From positions 9,660 through 73,659 of the forward strand of contig DATJNW010000105.1 in NCBI GenBank assembly GCA_035507655.1: DNA of 64,000 nucleotides, written 5' to 3'. Positions 16,226-24,591 of the stretch are shown here, piece by piece. Source of the stretch: Bryobacteraceae bacterium. GTDB lineage: Bacteria > Acidobacteriota > Terriglobia > Bryobacterales > Bryobacteraceae. The position numbers and the translations under genes were made by a program. The notes under the pieces are model-generated. The model was not told the DNA's origin, did no database searches, and saw nothing but the letters and a program-made list of their open reading frames with translations. Positions within the stretch are counted from its first letter, which is position 1. Every line of letters starts with the position of its first letter.

Positions 16226-17587
16226 TCACGCGCAAACGCCGATGCTGCGCAGCTTGTAAACCAGCGTGGTGCGCGGAATGCCCAGCGAGCTGGCCGCTTT
16301 GGCCTTGTTGCCGCCGCACTGGCGCAGAGCCTCCTGGATCAGCATCTGCTCCACGCGATCCATCATTTTTTCGAGACTGATCCCGGCGGGATTTTCAGGC
16401 GCGCTGACCTCCGGCGCCGCGGGCAGCGGATTGCGCGTGGGCGCCGGCAGATGAAAATCGCCGGAATAAAGGCGCTCCCGGGTTCCGGAAAGCGTCAGCG
16501 CCATCTCGATGGCGTGTTCCAGCTGACGAACATTCCCCGGCCATTCATACTCCGCGAGGCGGCGCAGCGCGTCGGCGGAGAGCGCCTTAGGCCGCATTCC
16601 TTCGCGGCGGCAGACTTTTTCGATGAAATGGTCGACCAGCAGCGGGATGTCGTCGGCGCGTTCGCGCAGCGGCGGGACCACGATCGGAACCACGTTCAGT
16701 CGGTACAGCAGATCTTCGCGAAAGTGCCGGTCGGCCACGGCCTGCGGCAAATCCTGGTTGGACGCCGCGATGACCCGAACGTCGATTTGAATATCGCCGT
16801 TGCCGCCCAGACGCTGAAGTTCCCGTTCCTGCAAGACGCGAAGCAGCTTGGGCTGGGTATCCAGCGGGACCTCGCTCACTTCGTCCAGAAAAATGGTGCC
16901 GCGGTGCGCCTGTTCGAACCGGCCAATCCGGTCGCAAACGGCTCCGGTGAAAGCGCCTTTGCTGTGTCCGAACAGTTCGCTTTCGAAAAGATTTTCGGGA
17001 ATTGCCGCGCAGTTCACGGAAACCATCCGCGCGCCGGCGCGGCCGCTGGCCTGATGCAGCGCCCGGGCGACGATTTCCTTGCCGGTGCCGGTTTCGCCGG
17101 TGATGAGCACGGTGGATTTGCGCGGTCCCACCAGCCGGATCATCGAACAGAGCAGCTTCATCGGCTTGCTTTCACCGACCAGCAGCTCCCGCCACGGCTC
17201 CTTCACGGCCGCCGCATCCCGCAAGAGTTCCGCGGCGCGCCCAATCTCGGAGGTCAGCACGGCAGCGAGCTCGGACGGGCCTAATCGCTCCCGGATGTGG
17301 CTGACCGAAGCGAGTTCAGGTCCCACCAGGCGTTCATTCAGCACCGAGTCCGGATCGTAGAAAATCACCGGGATGGGCATCTGTTCGCGCTTCAGGCCGG
17401 CCAGGCAGCTCTCGATGGCGTGTGCGGCGATCGGCAATTCGATTAAAACCAACTGCACCATCGAGAACGCATCGGGCCATGTCGGCGATACACAATCCGC
17501 CACTTTCAGCGTAAGTCCCGTCTGCTGTTCAACCGAGTCGGTTTCATCATTACGGCCGTCTGACCGTAACCATAAGATTCGAGGCAT
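16226..17587 (-). CDS. sigma-54-dependent transcriptional activator (FleQ/FlrA-like, degenerate receiver domain)
   Basis: AAA+ core GETGTGKE..ESELFGHSKGAFTGA (GAFTGA loop) and a C-terminal Fis-type HTH. In the N-terminal receiver-like domain, Glu (LVLIELP) sits where the phospho-Asp is expected. Confidence 0.85.
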   Translation of the reverse strand: MPRILWLRSDGRNDETDSVEQQTGLTLKVADCVSPTWPDAFSMVQLVLIELPIAAHAIESCLAGLKREQMPIPVIFYDPDSVLNERLVGPELASVSHIRERLGPSELAAVLTSEIGRAAELLRDAAAVKEPWRELLVGESKPMKLLCSMIRLVGPRKSTVLITGETGTGKEIVARALHQASGRAGARMVSVNCAAIPENLFESELFGHSKGAFTGAVCDRIGRFEQAHRGTIFLDEVSEVPLDTQPKLLRVLQERELQRLGGNGDIQIDVRVIAASNQDLPQAVADRHFREDLLYRLNVVPIVVPPLRERADDIPLLVDHFIEKVCRREGMRPKALSADALRRLAEYEWPGNVRQLEHAIEMALTLSGTRERLYSGDFHLPAPTRNPLPAAPEVSAPENPAGISLEKMMDRVEQMLIQEALRQCGGNKAKAASSLGIPRTTLVYKLRSIGVCA

Positions 17588-17760
17588 TTATCTCCCTCTA
17601 AAACTGAGGCCCTGTGGCCTTCCTTTGTCTGTGTAACCTGTAGATCGGTAGGAATAGGAGAATTTCTTATACCGTAGGCCATTAGCGGATCGTAATGTTT
17701 TGTTTTTGCGAAAAATTTTCCTCGAATAAGTCGGTTTCTTTTCGAAGAGAACAGTTGTCA

Positions 17761-18270
17761 ATGACCCACGACAATTTCCAGCGCCTGCATCGCGAGTATT
17801 TCGAGAACCGGATCCTTTCCGCGCACCCGGTGGAGGTTGTGGCGATGTTGTTCCAGGCCGCGCTTGAAAACCTTGCGGACGCCATCAGGCATTTGAAATC
17901 GGGAGACCGTCTGGCCCGTGCGCGCTCGGTGACGCGCGCCGAACAGGCCATTCAAGAGCTCCTGATCGCGCTGGATCATTCGGTGGACCCGGCATTCTCG
18001 CGCAGGTCCGCGGATCTGTACCGCTTCGCGATCGGCCGGATCGCCGCCGGGCACGCGGAACAATCGGAGCGGGCATTCACCGAGGCGATTACCGTGCTGC
18101 GCCCGCTGGCGGAGGCCTGGACGGAACTCAAGACGCGAACCTGTGACGAGCCGGCCCGGCCGGATTCCACCGCGGAAGCTTCGAAAACGCCGGAGCCTTC
18201 CGTCAGCGATGCGTATGCGGGGTACCGGAGCGGTGCGGCGATGGCGGGGTCGCGGGACTGGAGTCTTTAG
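17761..18270 (+). CDS. fliS: flagellin-specific chaperone FliS with a C-terminal extension
   Basis: Contains ILSAHPVEVVAMLFQAALENLADAI..RAEQAIQELLIALD..ADLYRFAIGRI..VLRPLAEAWTEL. I chose the ATG at 17761. Confidence 0.8.
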   Translation: MTHDNFQRLHREYFENRILSAHPVEVVAMLFQAALENLADAIRHLKSGDRLARARSVTRAEQAIQELLIALDHSVDPAFSRRSADLYRFAIGRIAAGHAEQSERAFTEAITVLRPLAEAWTELKTRTCDEPARPDSTAEASKTPEPSVSDAYAGYRSGAAMAGSRDWSL

Positions 18271-18559
18271 CTTCCAGTTGCCGGTCGATCATTCGCGCCA
18301 GTCCCAGGCCGCCGTTTTTGGAAATGGATTGCGCCAGGTATTCGTCCGCCAGTTGCATGGCGGAAGATGCGGTTGGGTCTTCGCCGGTCCCCAGCCAGCC
18401 TCCGTCGCCGTCCTGGTGCATCGATTTCAACATTTCGCCCACCAGCAGACCCTCGAATTGCGAAGCGGCATCACGGATTTTTTGCGGGCTGTCTTTGGAC
18501 CCGGAAGAGATGCTGGCGCCCAATCCGGAGGAAAGAACGGGGTTCAGTACGCCGCCCAT
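18203..18559 (-). CDS. flgJ: FlgJ-like rod-binding protein (N-terminal domain only, no hydrolase domain)
   Basis: 118 aa. IRDAASQFEGLLVGEMLKSM is the Rod_binding motif. Immediately downstream of flgI. Confidence 0.75.
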   Translation of the reverse strand: MGGVLNPVLSSGLGASISSGSKDSPQKIRDAASQFEGLLVGEMLKSMHQDGDGGWLGTGEDPTASSAMQLADEYLAQSISKNGGLGLARMIDRQLEAKDSSPATPPSPHRSGTPHTHR

Positions 18560-18560
18560 A

Positions 18561-19664
18561 TCAAATCACCTCAATCTCGGCTTCGAGTGCGCCGGCGGCG
18601 TGCAGGCTTTCGAGAATCGCAATGACATCGCGCGCGGTGGAGCCGATCGTGCCGAGCGCCCGCACCAGTTCCTCCACCGTGGCGCCCTGCTCGAGCACCA
18701 GATTGCGCGAAGTGTCTTCATGCGCGTTGACGGTGGTTAGCGGCGCCACGGTCGTCTTGCCTTGAGAGAGCCCATTGGGCTGGGAGATGATGGGGACGGT
18801 GCGGATTTCGACCGTCAGTTTCCCGTGCATGATGGCCACGGGCGCGACGCGAACCTCCTTGCCCATCACAATGGTTCCGGTCCGCTCATTGATCACCACG
18901 CGCGCCACGCGGTCCGCGCGCACCTGTAGGTCCTCCAGGCCGGCCATAAATTCCACCACCCGCGTGGTGTAATCCGGTGGAATTCGCACGGCCACGGTGG
19001 ACGATGTTTCCGGATCGGCCAGCGGCTTGGCCGCATCGGGGAATTTTTCGTTGATTACGCGGCTGATTCGCAGAGCCGTGGCGAAATCGGGGTCGCGCAG
19101 GAGCAGGCGTACTTCCCCCTTTGGCGGAATCGAGGGCGCGCCGCGCTCCACCATGGCGCCCGCGGGAACGCGTCCGACGGTCGGATGATTGACCACTTCG
19201 GAGTTTCCGCCGCGGCCGGCCCCGAAACCGCCGGTCACGACGGGACCCTGCGCCAAAGCATAGACTTGTCCGTCCACACCTTTCAGGCTGGTGAGCAGGA
19301 GCATGCCCCCTTGCAGATTCTGCGCGTCTCCGATCGCGCCCGCGGTCACGTCGATGTGCATGCCGGGCTGGGCGAAGGGCGGCAAGGTCGCGGTGACCAT
19401 CACGGCCGCGGTATCTTTCACCAGAAGCTGAGTGGGGTTGATGGAAACGCCCATCTGTTGCAGCATATTGGCAAGACTCTGCGCGGAAAAATAGGTGGTC
19501 TGGTGATCGCCGGTGCTGTTCAGCCCGACGACCAGGCCGTAGCCGATCAGTTGATTTTCTCGCACGCCCTCGATCGAGACGAGGTCTTTGAGCCGCACCT
19601 CCGCGGAATCCTGAGCGGCGGCGAGCGCCGCGGCGAAAATCCAGAGAAAAAGGCGGATCTTCAT
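18561..19664 (-). CDS. flgI: flagellar P-ring protein FlgI
   Basis: 367 aa. Signal peptide followed by RLKDLVSIEGVRENQLIGYGLVVGLNSTGD. Confidence 0.95.
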   Translation of the reverse strand: MKIRLFLWIFAAALAAAQDSAEVRLKDLVSIEGVRENQLIGYGLVVGLNSTGDHQTTYFSAQSLANMLQQMGVSINPTQLLVKDTAAVMVTATLPPFAQPGMHIDVTAGAIGDAQNLQGGMLLLTSLKGVDGQVYALAQGPVVTGGFGAGRGGNSEVVNHPTVGRVPAGAMVERGAPSIPPKGEVRLLLRDPDFATALRISRVINEKFPDAAKPLADPETSSTVAVRIPPDYTTRVVEFMAGLEDLQVRADRVARVVINERTGTIVMGKEVRVAPVAIMHGKLTVEIRTVPIISQPNGLSQGKTTVAPLTTVNAHEDTSRNLVLEQGATVEELVRALGTIGSTARDVIAILESLHAAGALEAEIEVI

Positions 19665-19675
19665 TCTAAACTTTC

Positions 19676-20377
19676 CTAAAAGGGCAACAAACCGAGCAGC
19701 AGCCGGTACAGGAAATTCGGGCGATGGATGGCGTCGTTGACGATGCCCTTGCCGTCAACTTTAATTTCCATATCGGCGATCCGCGCGGATAATACTGTGT
19801 TGGTCGTATCCAGATCGATGGGACGGATCACGCCGCGGACCGTGATCACCTGGTTTTCGGAATTGACGTCCAGATTTCTGGTCCCCTCAATCACCAGGTT
19901 CCCGTTGAGCAGCACATGGGTCACGCGGGCCGAGATGGTGGTGGTCAAAGTGGTCTGGCGGCTGGTGGTGCCCTCGCCATCGAGGGAAGTGGTGGTGTTG
20001 GAGTTCAACAGATTTGCCAGCGCGCCGGTCGCGCTTTTGGGACCGAGCAAAGAAGTGATGGCGCTCTGGGCGCTCGAAGCGCGGGAGGTTTTCGACTGGC
20101 CGGTGCTGACCGCCGACGCGCTTTCATTCACGATGATGGTCACCACATCATCGACATTGCGCGCGCGCAGATCGGCTGCCAGGTTGGCATAGCGGGCCGC
20201 GGGAAACCAGATGGATCCGTTTTCCGGCACCTGGCCGTTGGAAGCCTGCGGCACCGAGGCTTCCTGGATATATTTATCGAGCGCCGACGGCGGCTTGACC
20301 TTGGCCTTCTTTTTGTCCTTGGTTTGCGCCATTGCCAGCGTTGAGAGAATCAGCAGCGCGGTCATCCATCGTCTCAT
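19676..20377 (-). CDS. flgH: flagellar L-ring protein FlgH (no lipobox cysteine)
   Basis: 233 aa. Contains NVDDVVTIIVNESASA..ITVRGVIRPIDLDTTNTVLSARIADMEI. The signal peptide ends in LAMAQT, with no Cys. Confidence 0.9.
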   Translation of the reverse strand: MRRWMTALLILSTLAMAQTKDKKKAKVKPPSALDKYIQEASVPQASNGQVPENGSIWFPAARYANLAADLRARNVDDVVTIIVNESASAVSTGQSKTSRASSAQSAITSLLGPKSATGALANLLNSNTTTSLDGEGTTSRQTTLTTTISARVTHVLLNGNLVIEGTRNLDVNSENQVITVRGVIRPIDLDTTNTVLSARIADMEIKVDGKGIVNDAIHRPNFLYRLLLGLLPF

Positions 20378-21255
20378 TCCTGATCTCCTCCAGCCACCAC
20401 TTTGTCTTTGCCTGTAATTTGCGCGCGAAAGGAGCGGCCGCTCGACATGTTTCGCACGGTAATGAAGGATCCTTTCATTCCGGCGGTTTCCGCGCGCGCT
20501 TCGAGCGTCAAATGCGCGGCGCCCGCGAATACGTCCACCCGCACCAGATCGCCGAAAGCGACATCCTTGGGACGTTCCACCTGCGAATTGCGAACCGGCG
20601 AGCCTTTGGCGATATTGGCGCGCGCGATAAAGCCCATAGCGTCGTCGATGGCGCGCACCGTGTCCTGGTCAAAGGGGGAATCCTCGGAGGTTTCAAGGCG
20701 AAGCTGCCCGGGCAGGATCGCCTTACCGGGGCGCAGGTCCGTGGCGGCGACCACGCGATTCATGGTGGCCGTGACCCGCGCTCGAATCGTGAGCGGAATT
20801 TTTGTCGTTTCCGCCGTTTGCACGTAGCCGTACCAGGTGACCTCCGGCCCGGCGCCCTGCACCCCGCTGCGGGGAAAAACAAGTTCGCCGCTGGGGATCG
20901 CGTGGTCCATCGGAGTGAGAATTTCGATCTTCACGGCGGGGTTTTCGAAGGCTTTTTTCATCGCCTGCGCGATTTCGGCGGGCTGGGGCACAAAGGTGTG
21001 GCGAGCGAAACAAAGGTCCGGCAAGCCATGCAGATCGAGGCCGCGATTGCGGGCGATTCGCTCCAGATCCGCGCCTGGAAAAACTCTCGGCGCGCCGGAT
21101 TCGAGAACATAGCCGAGGAGAAAATCCGCCGGTAATTTCGCGAACTCTGGAATGAATGGCGCAACGTCGCGCGCGAGCACCGATCCGGATTCGACGGGAT
21201 GACAGGTCTCGGGAGGGAGCGCGGCGGCGAGAAATAAAGGCAGCAGCAGGATCAT
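20374..21255 (-). CDS. flgA: flagellar P-ring assembly chaperone FlgA
   Basis: 293 aa with a C-terminal SAF-like region (GDLVRVDVFAGAAHLTLEARAETAGMKGSFITVRN). Overlaps both flgG and flgH by 4 nt. Confidence 0.8.
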   Translation of the reverse strand: MILLLPLFLAAALPPETCHPVESGSVLARDVAPFIPEFAKLPADFLLGYVLESGAPRVFPGADLERIARNRGLDLHGLPDLCFARHTFVPQPAEIAQAMKKAFENPAVKIEILTPMDHAIPSGELVFPRSGVQGAGPEVTWYGYVQTAETTKIPLTIRARVTATMNRVVAATDLRPGKAILPGQLRLETSEDSPFDQDTVRAIDDAMGFIARANIAKGSPVRNSQVERPKDVAFGDLVRVDVFAGAAHLTLEARAETAGMKGSFITVRNMSSGRSFRAQITGKDKVVAGGDQE

Positions 21256-22043
21256 CGCGTGAGGTTGTTCATTTCCTGATACATTTCGTCGGCGGCCTTG
21301 ACCACTTTGGAGTTGGCCTCATAGGCGCGCTGGCTCAGAATGAGGTTGACAAATTCGGTGACCACACTGACGTTCGACTGCTCGGTGTAGCCCTGAAGCA
21401 GCGTGCCGGTACCCTCCTGGCCGCCCGGCGTGCCCAGGATCGGCTGGCCGGAAGCGGTGGTCGGCTCATAATAGTTCTGGCCGAGGCTGTTCAGTCCGGA
21501 GGGATTGACGAACATCGCCAACTGGATCTGTCCCGCGGTCTGCGCGGCGGTCTGATTCGGAAGCGTGTAACTGACGGTGCCATCCGTGGCGATGGTGATA
21601 GTCTGCGCATTCTGCGGAAGCGAGATGGCCGGCTGCAGCAGGTTGCCGTTGGCGTCGACCAGGTTTCCCGTCGCGTTCAACTGGAACTGGCCCGCGCGAG
21701 TATAGGCGATGGTTCCGCTGGGCTGAAGAATCTGGAAGAAGCCGCTGCCCTGGATCACCACATCCAGCGGGTTGTCGGTTTCGGAAAAATCGCCCTGGGT
21801 GAAGACGATCTCGTTGGAGGCGGCGCGCGTGCCGAGGCCGAGCTGCAAGCCGGTCGGCACCACCGTCTGCTGTCCCGCGGCAGCGCCCGGCTGGATCATA
21901 TTTTGATAAAGCAGATCCTGAAACTGGGCGCGCCGCGCTTTGTATCCGGCGGTATTGGAGTTGGCCAGGTTGTTGGCGATGTTATCGACGTTCAATTGCT
22001 GGGCCGTCATGCCGCTGGCCGCACTGTACAGAGCTCGGATCAT
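21252..22043 (-). CDS. flgG: flagellar distal rod protein FlgG
   Basis: 263 aa. N-terminal MIRALYSAASGMTAQQLNVDNIANNLANSNTAGYK and C-terminal QRAYEANSKVVKAADEM. Confidence 0.95.
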   Translation of the reverse strand: MIRALYSAASGMTAQQLNVDNIANNLANSNTAGYKARRAQFQDLLYQNMIQPGAAAGQQTVVPTGLQLGLGTRAASNEIVFTQGDFSETDNPLDVVIQGSGFFQILQPSGTIAYTRAGQFQLNATGNLVDANGNLLQPAISLPQNAQTITIATDGTVSYTLPNQTAAQTAGQIQLAMFVNPSGLNSLGQNYYEPTTASGQPILGTPGGQEGTGTLLQGYTEQSNVSVVTEFVNLILSQRAYEANSKVVKAADEMYQEMNNLTR

Positions 22044-22061
22044 GAATTGTCTTCTCCCTTT

Positions 22062-22808
22062 TTATTGACCGCCGGTTACTCTCGCGACTTCCTGAATTGC
22101 CTGCTTGGTCATATCGTCGGTCAGGGTGATCGCTTTTTGCAGCATTTCGAACTGCCGCATCACTCCGACCAGGCGCACCGCCGATTCGGCCGGCGCGACA
22201 TTCGATCCCTCCAGCCGGCCCTGCGCGACGGTGGCCTGCGAAGCAATGGGCAAGACTTTCGGCTGCGTATTGGTGAAAAAGCTGCCGGCCGTTTTTTCGA
22301 GAGCGCCGCGGTTTTTAAAGTCGACGATCTCAAGCTGGCTGATGGTGTTTCCGTTCTGTAGCACCGTTCCATCGGGGCCGATTTCGACGGGCGCCTGCGA
22401 TTGCAGTTGAATGGGACCCTCCACGCCTTGCAGGACACCTTGGACCGGATAGCCTTCGGAAGTGGTCAACTGGCCCGCCGCGGAAATTTGAAAAGCGCCG
22501 TTGCGCGTATACAAAGGGCCGGACGGTCCCTGGACCACGAAAAAGCCCTGACCATCCAAGGCGAGATCCATTGGGTTGCCGGTGGGCGTCAGCGTTCCCT
22601 GCGAGAAGTCGGTCCATTGGCTCTTGACGTAGGGCAACTGGGTTTCGTCGGTTTCGACGCTCTCGCCGGCGGCGCTGAAGAGGCTGTAAAATTCGCGATC
22701 GAGCTTGTAGCCGCTGGTGCTCGAATTCGCCAGGTTGTTCGAAAGCAGGTCGAGAGCCTGCATGCGCGACCGCAAACCGCTCGCCGCAATTACTGACGCT
22801 TGATCCAT
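22062..22808 (-). CDS. flgF: flagellar proximal rod protein FlgF
   Basis: 248 aa. Contains ALDLLSNNLANSSTSGYK and a C-terminal FEMLQKAITLTDDM. Confidence 0.9.
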   Translation of the reverse strand: MDQASVIAASGLRSRMQALDLLSNNLANSSTSGYKLDREFYSLFSAAGESVETDETQLPYVKSQWTDFSQGTLTPTGNPMDLALDGQGFFVVQGPSGPLYTRNGAFQISAAGQLTTSEGYPVQGVLQGVEGPIQLQSQAPVEIGPDGTVLQNGNTISQLEIVDFKNRGALEKTAGSFFTNTQPKVLPIASQATVAQGRLEGSNVAPAESAVRLVGVMRQFEMLQKAITLTDDMTKQAIQEVARVTGGQ

Positions 22809-22828
22809 AAAGCCGTGCCCTGTGCGAG

Positions 22829-22844
22829 AGCAAACACGCAGCCA
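22829..22844 (-). promoter_or_regulatory. candidate sigma-54 promoter of the flgF-flgG-flgA-flgH-flgI-flgJ operon
   Basis: The minus strand reads TGGCTGCGTGTTTGCT (GG-N10-GC), matching 9 of 12 defined positions of TGGCACG-N4-TTGCW. The GC lies 22 nt upstream of the flgF ATG. Confidence 0.5.
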
Positions 22845-22994
22845 AAATAGGCGAACGATTTTTTCTAAACATTTCTTTGATTTTTGCGATAAGACAACAC
22901 GGCCAGGAATTGTTCGACGTCAAGTTTCCGCCGTCATCGTTGAACCGTTGACGGTGATGAAATCCTAAACCGTTGAAAAACGAAACGCGCAAGG

Positions 22995-23010
22995 TGGTCC
23001 GTCGCCTGCA
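22995..23010 (+). promoter_or_regulatory. candidate sigma-54 promoter of the fliK-flgD-flgE-fliN-fliOPQR-flhB operon
   Basis: TGGTCCGTCGCCTGCA (GG-N10-GC, 9 of 12 defined positions). The GC lies 20 nt upstream of the ATG at 23029. Confidence 0.4.
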
Positions 23011-23028
23011 TTTCCGGGGGCGACCAGC

Positions 23029-24591
23029 ATGGCCCTCACGGCGCGCATCACCGCAGGCGGTTCCTCCGCGATTTCCGGCGAAGCTTTCGAGAGACCGCGC
23101 GGTTCCTTGAATTCGACGCCCGCGGACGGCGAGGATTTCCACACCTTCTGGAAAGGATCACCCGAAGCGGACGACACCCCCACAAAATCCCCGCGCCCGC
23201 GTGAGGAGCGCAACGGCGGGTCCGACTCGAACTATTTCAATTTCGACGGCAAGAGTTCAGCCGAGCCGAATGCGCCGCCGGCGCGAAACGCCAACACCAC
23301 TCGAACCCATTCCGGGGACGCCGAAGGATCGCGGCAGCAAGGCGATTCCACCAAAGGAAACACAACATCGGCTTCCGATTCGCAATCCCTTACTTCCGAA
23401 AGTTACGGCTCGCAAAGCTTGACGCCGCCCGGGCCGTTACAGAACGCAGGCACGAACGAAACGCAGCCTGGCGACGATGGAGAATCCGCGCAGGATTCGA
23501 CGCCGCAATCGCGATCCGGCGTCTTTGCCGCTTCCAGCTCGAAGGCCAGCCTGCTGTCGTCTCTACCGGCGTTGAATATGTTCGGCGAAGCTGATCCCCG
23601 TCAAGGCGACTCAGCGGCGTCTTTAAAAAATGATGGCCAGGCGGAGCAGAACAATTCCGGATCCGGCGCGAACCCGGCCGCGGCGCAGACGAACACGGCA
23701 ACGAAAGCAAAGCCGCAGAGCGCTTTGAACGCGCAGATGCCGTCTCCCGCGGTTCTGCCGGTTACGGCGCCGCAAGAGTCAGACCTTCCCGCTCCCGAGC
23801 TGTTCTCTTCGAAACCGGATTCCAACCGTTTCGCGGGGCAGCCGAACGATTCGCCCAGTTGGGGCGGACAAACGGACCAATCGAGCAACGATGGAAATGA
23901 ACCACGCGTTGACGCCCAGGACGCAGATCCGTCGGACACCACGGGCAGTGTCGCTTTTGAAGCGAAGCTTTCCCCGATCACGGAGGGAGACAGCGGCGCG
24001 GCGGCCCCATCTGCCAAACCGTTATCGGGATGGTCTTCCGTTCCGGCGGATGCAGCCGCGGCGCAACCCGAACCCGTGGCCTCAGCCGTGAAGGTCGAGA
24101 CCGCATCGCCTGCGAATAGCGTGGCGGAATCCACGTCCGTTGCCCCGCAAGCGCGGCCGAAGACCGCGGCGACGGAAGAACCGGCTGCGTCGCGGATGCA
24201 CGAATTGATCGAAACGCCGGCGCGTCCCGCTTCGGCGAATAACGCCCTCAACTTGAACGTGACGGGCGCCAATGTCCGCTTCGTCGAGCGCGGCGGAGAA
24301 ATTCATGTTTCGGTCCGCACGCCGGACGCCGATTTCGCGCACGATCTGCGCTCCGGCTTGAACGACCTGGCCGGAAGCTTGCAACACGCGGGAATCCGCA
24401 CCGAGGTTTCGAGCGCGCCGGCGGGCGAAAGCAGCACGCGGCGCGACGCACAGCAGACATCGCCGGACTCGCGAGGTTCCGGCCAGCAACAACCCGACGC
24501 GGAGCGCGGACAGGAACGCGATCCTCGTCAGAACCGGTGGCAAGAAGCCTTCGCGGACTCTTTCGCCGCCAACCAGGAGCAATCTTTATGA
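23029..24591 (+). CDS. fliK: flagellar hook-length control protein FliK (start uncertain)
   Basis: 520 aa. Long Ser/Pro/Ala/Gln-rich disordered region and a C-terminal Flg_hook-like block, VRFVERGGEIHVSVRTPDADFAHDLRSGLNDLAGSLQHAGIRTEV. Lies upstream of flgD. Confidence 0.7.
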   Translation: MALTARITAGGSSAISGEAFERPRGSLNSTPADGEDFHTFWKGSPEADDTPTKSPRPREERNGGSDSNYFNFDGKSSAEPNAPPARNANTTRTHSGDAEGSRQQGDSTKGNTTSASDSQSLTSESYGSQSLTPPGPLQNAGTNETQPGDDGESAQDSTPQSRSGVFAASSSKASLLSSLPALNMFGEADPRQGDSAASLKNDGQAEQNNSGSGANPAAAQTNTATKAKPQSALNAQMPSPAVLPVTAPQESDLPAPELFSSKPDSNRFAGQPNDSPSWGGQTDQSSNDGNEPRVDAQDADPSDTTGSVAFEAKLSPITEGDSGAAAPSAKPLSGWSSVPADAAAAQPEPVASAVKVETASPANSVAESTSVAPQARPKTAATEEPAASRMHELIETPARPASANNALNLNVTGANVRFVERGGEIHVSVRTPDADFAHDLRSGLNDLAGSLQHAGIRTEVSSAPAGESSTRRDAQQTSPDSRGSGQQQPDAERGQERDPRQNRWQEAFADSFAANQEQSL

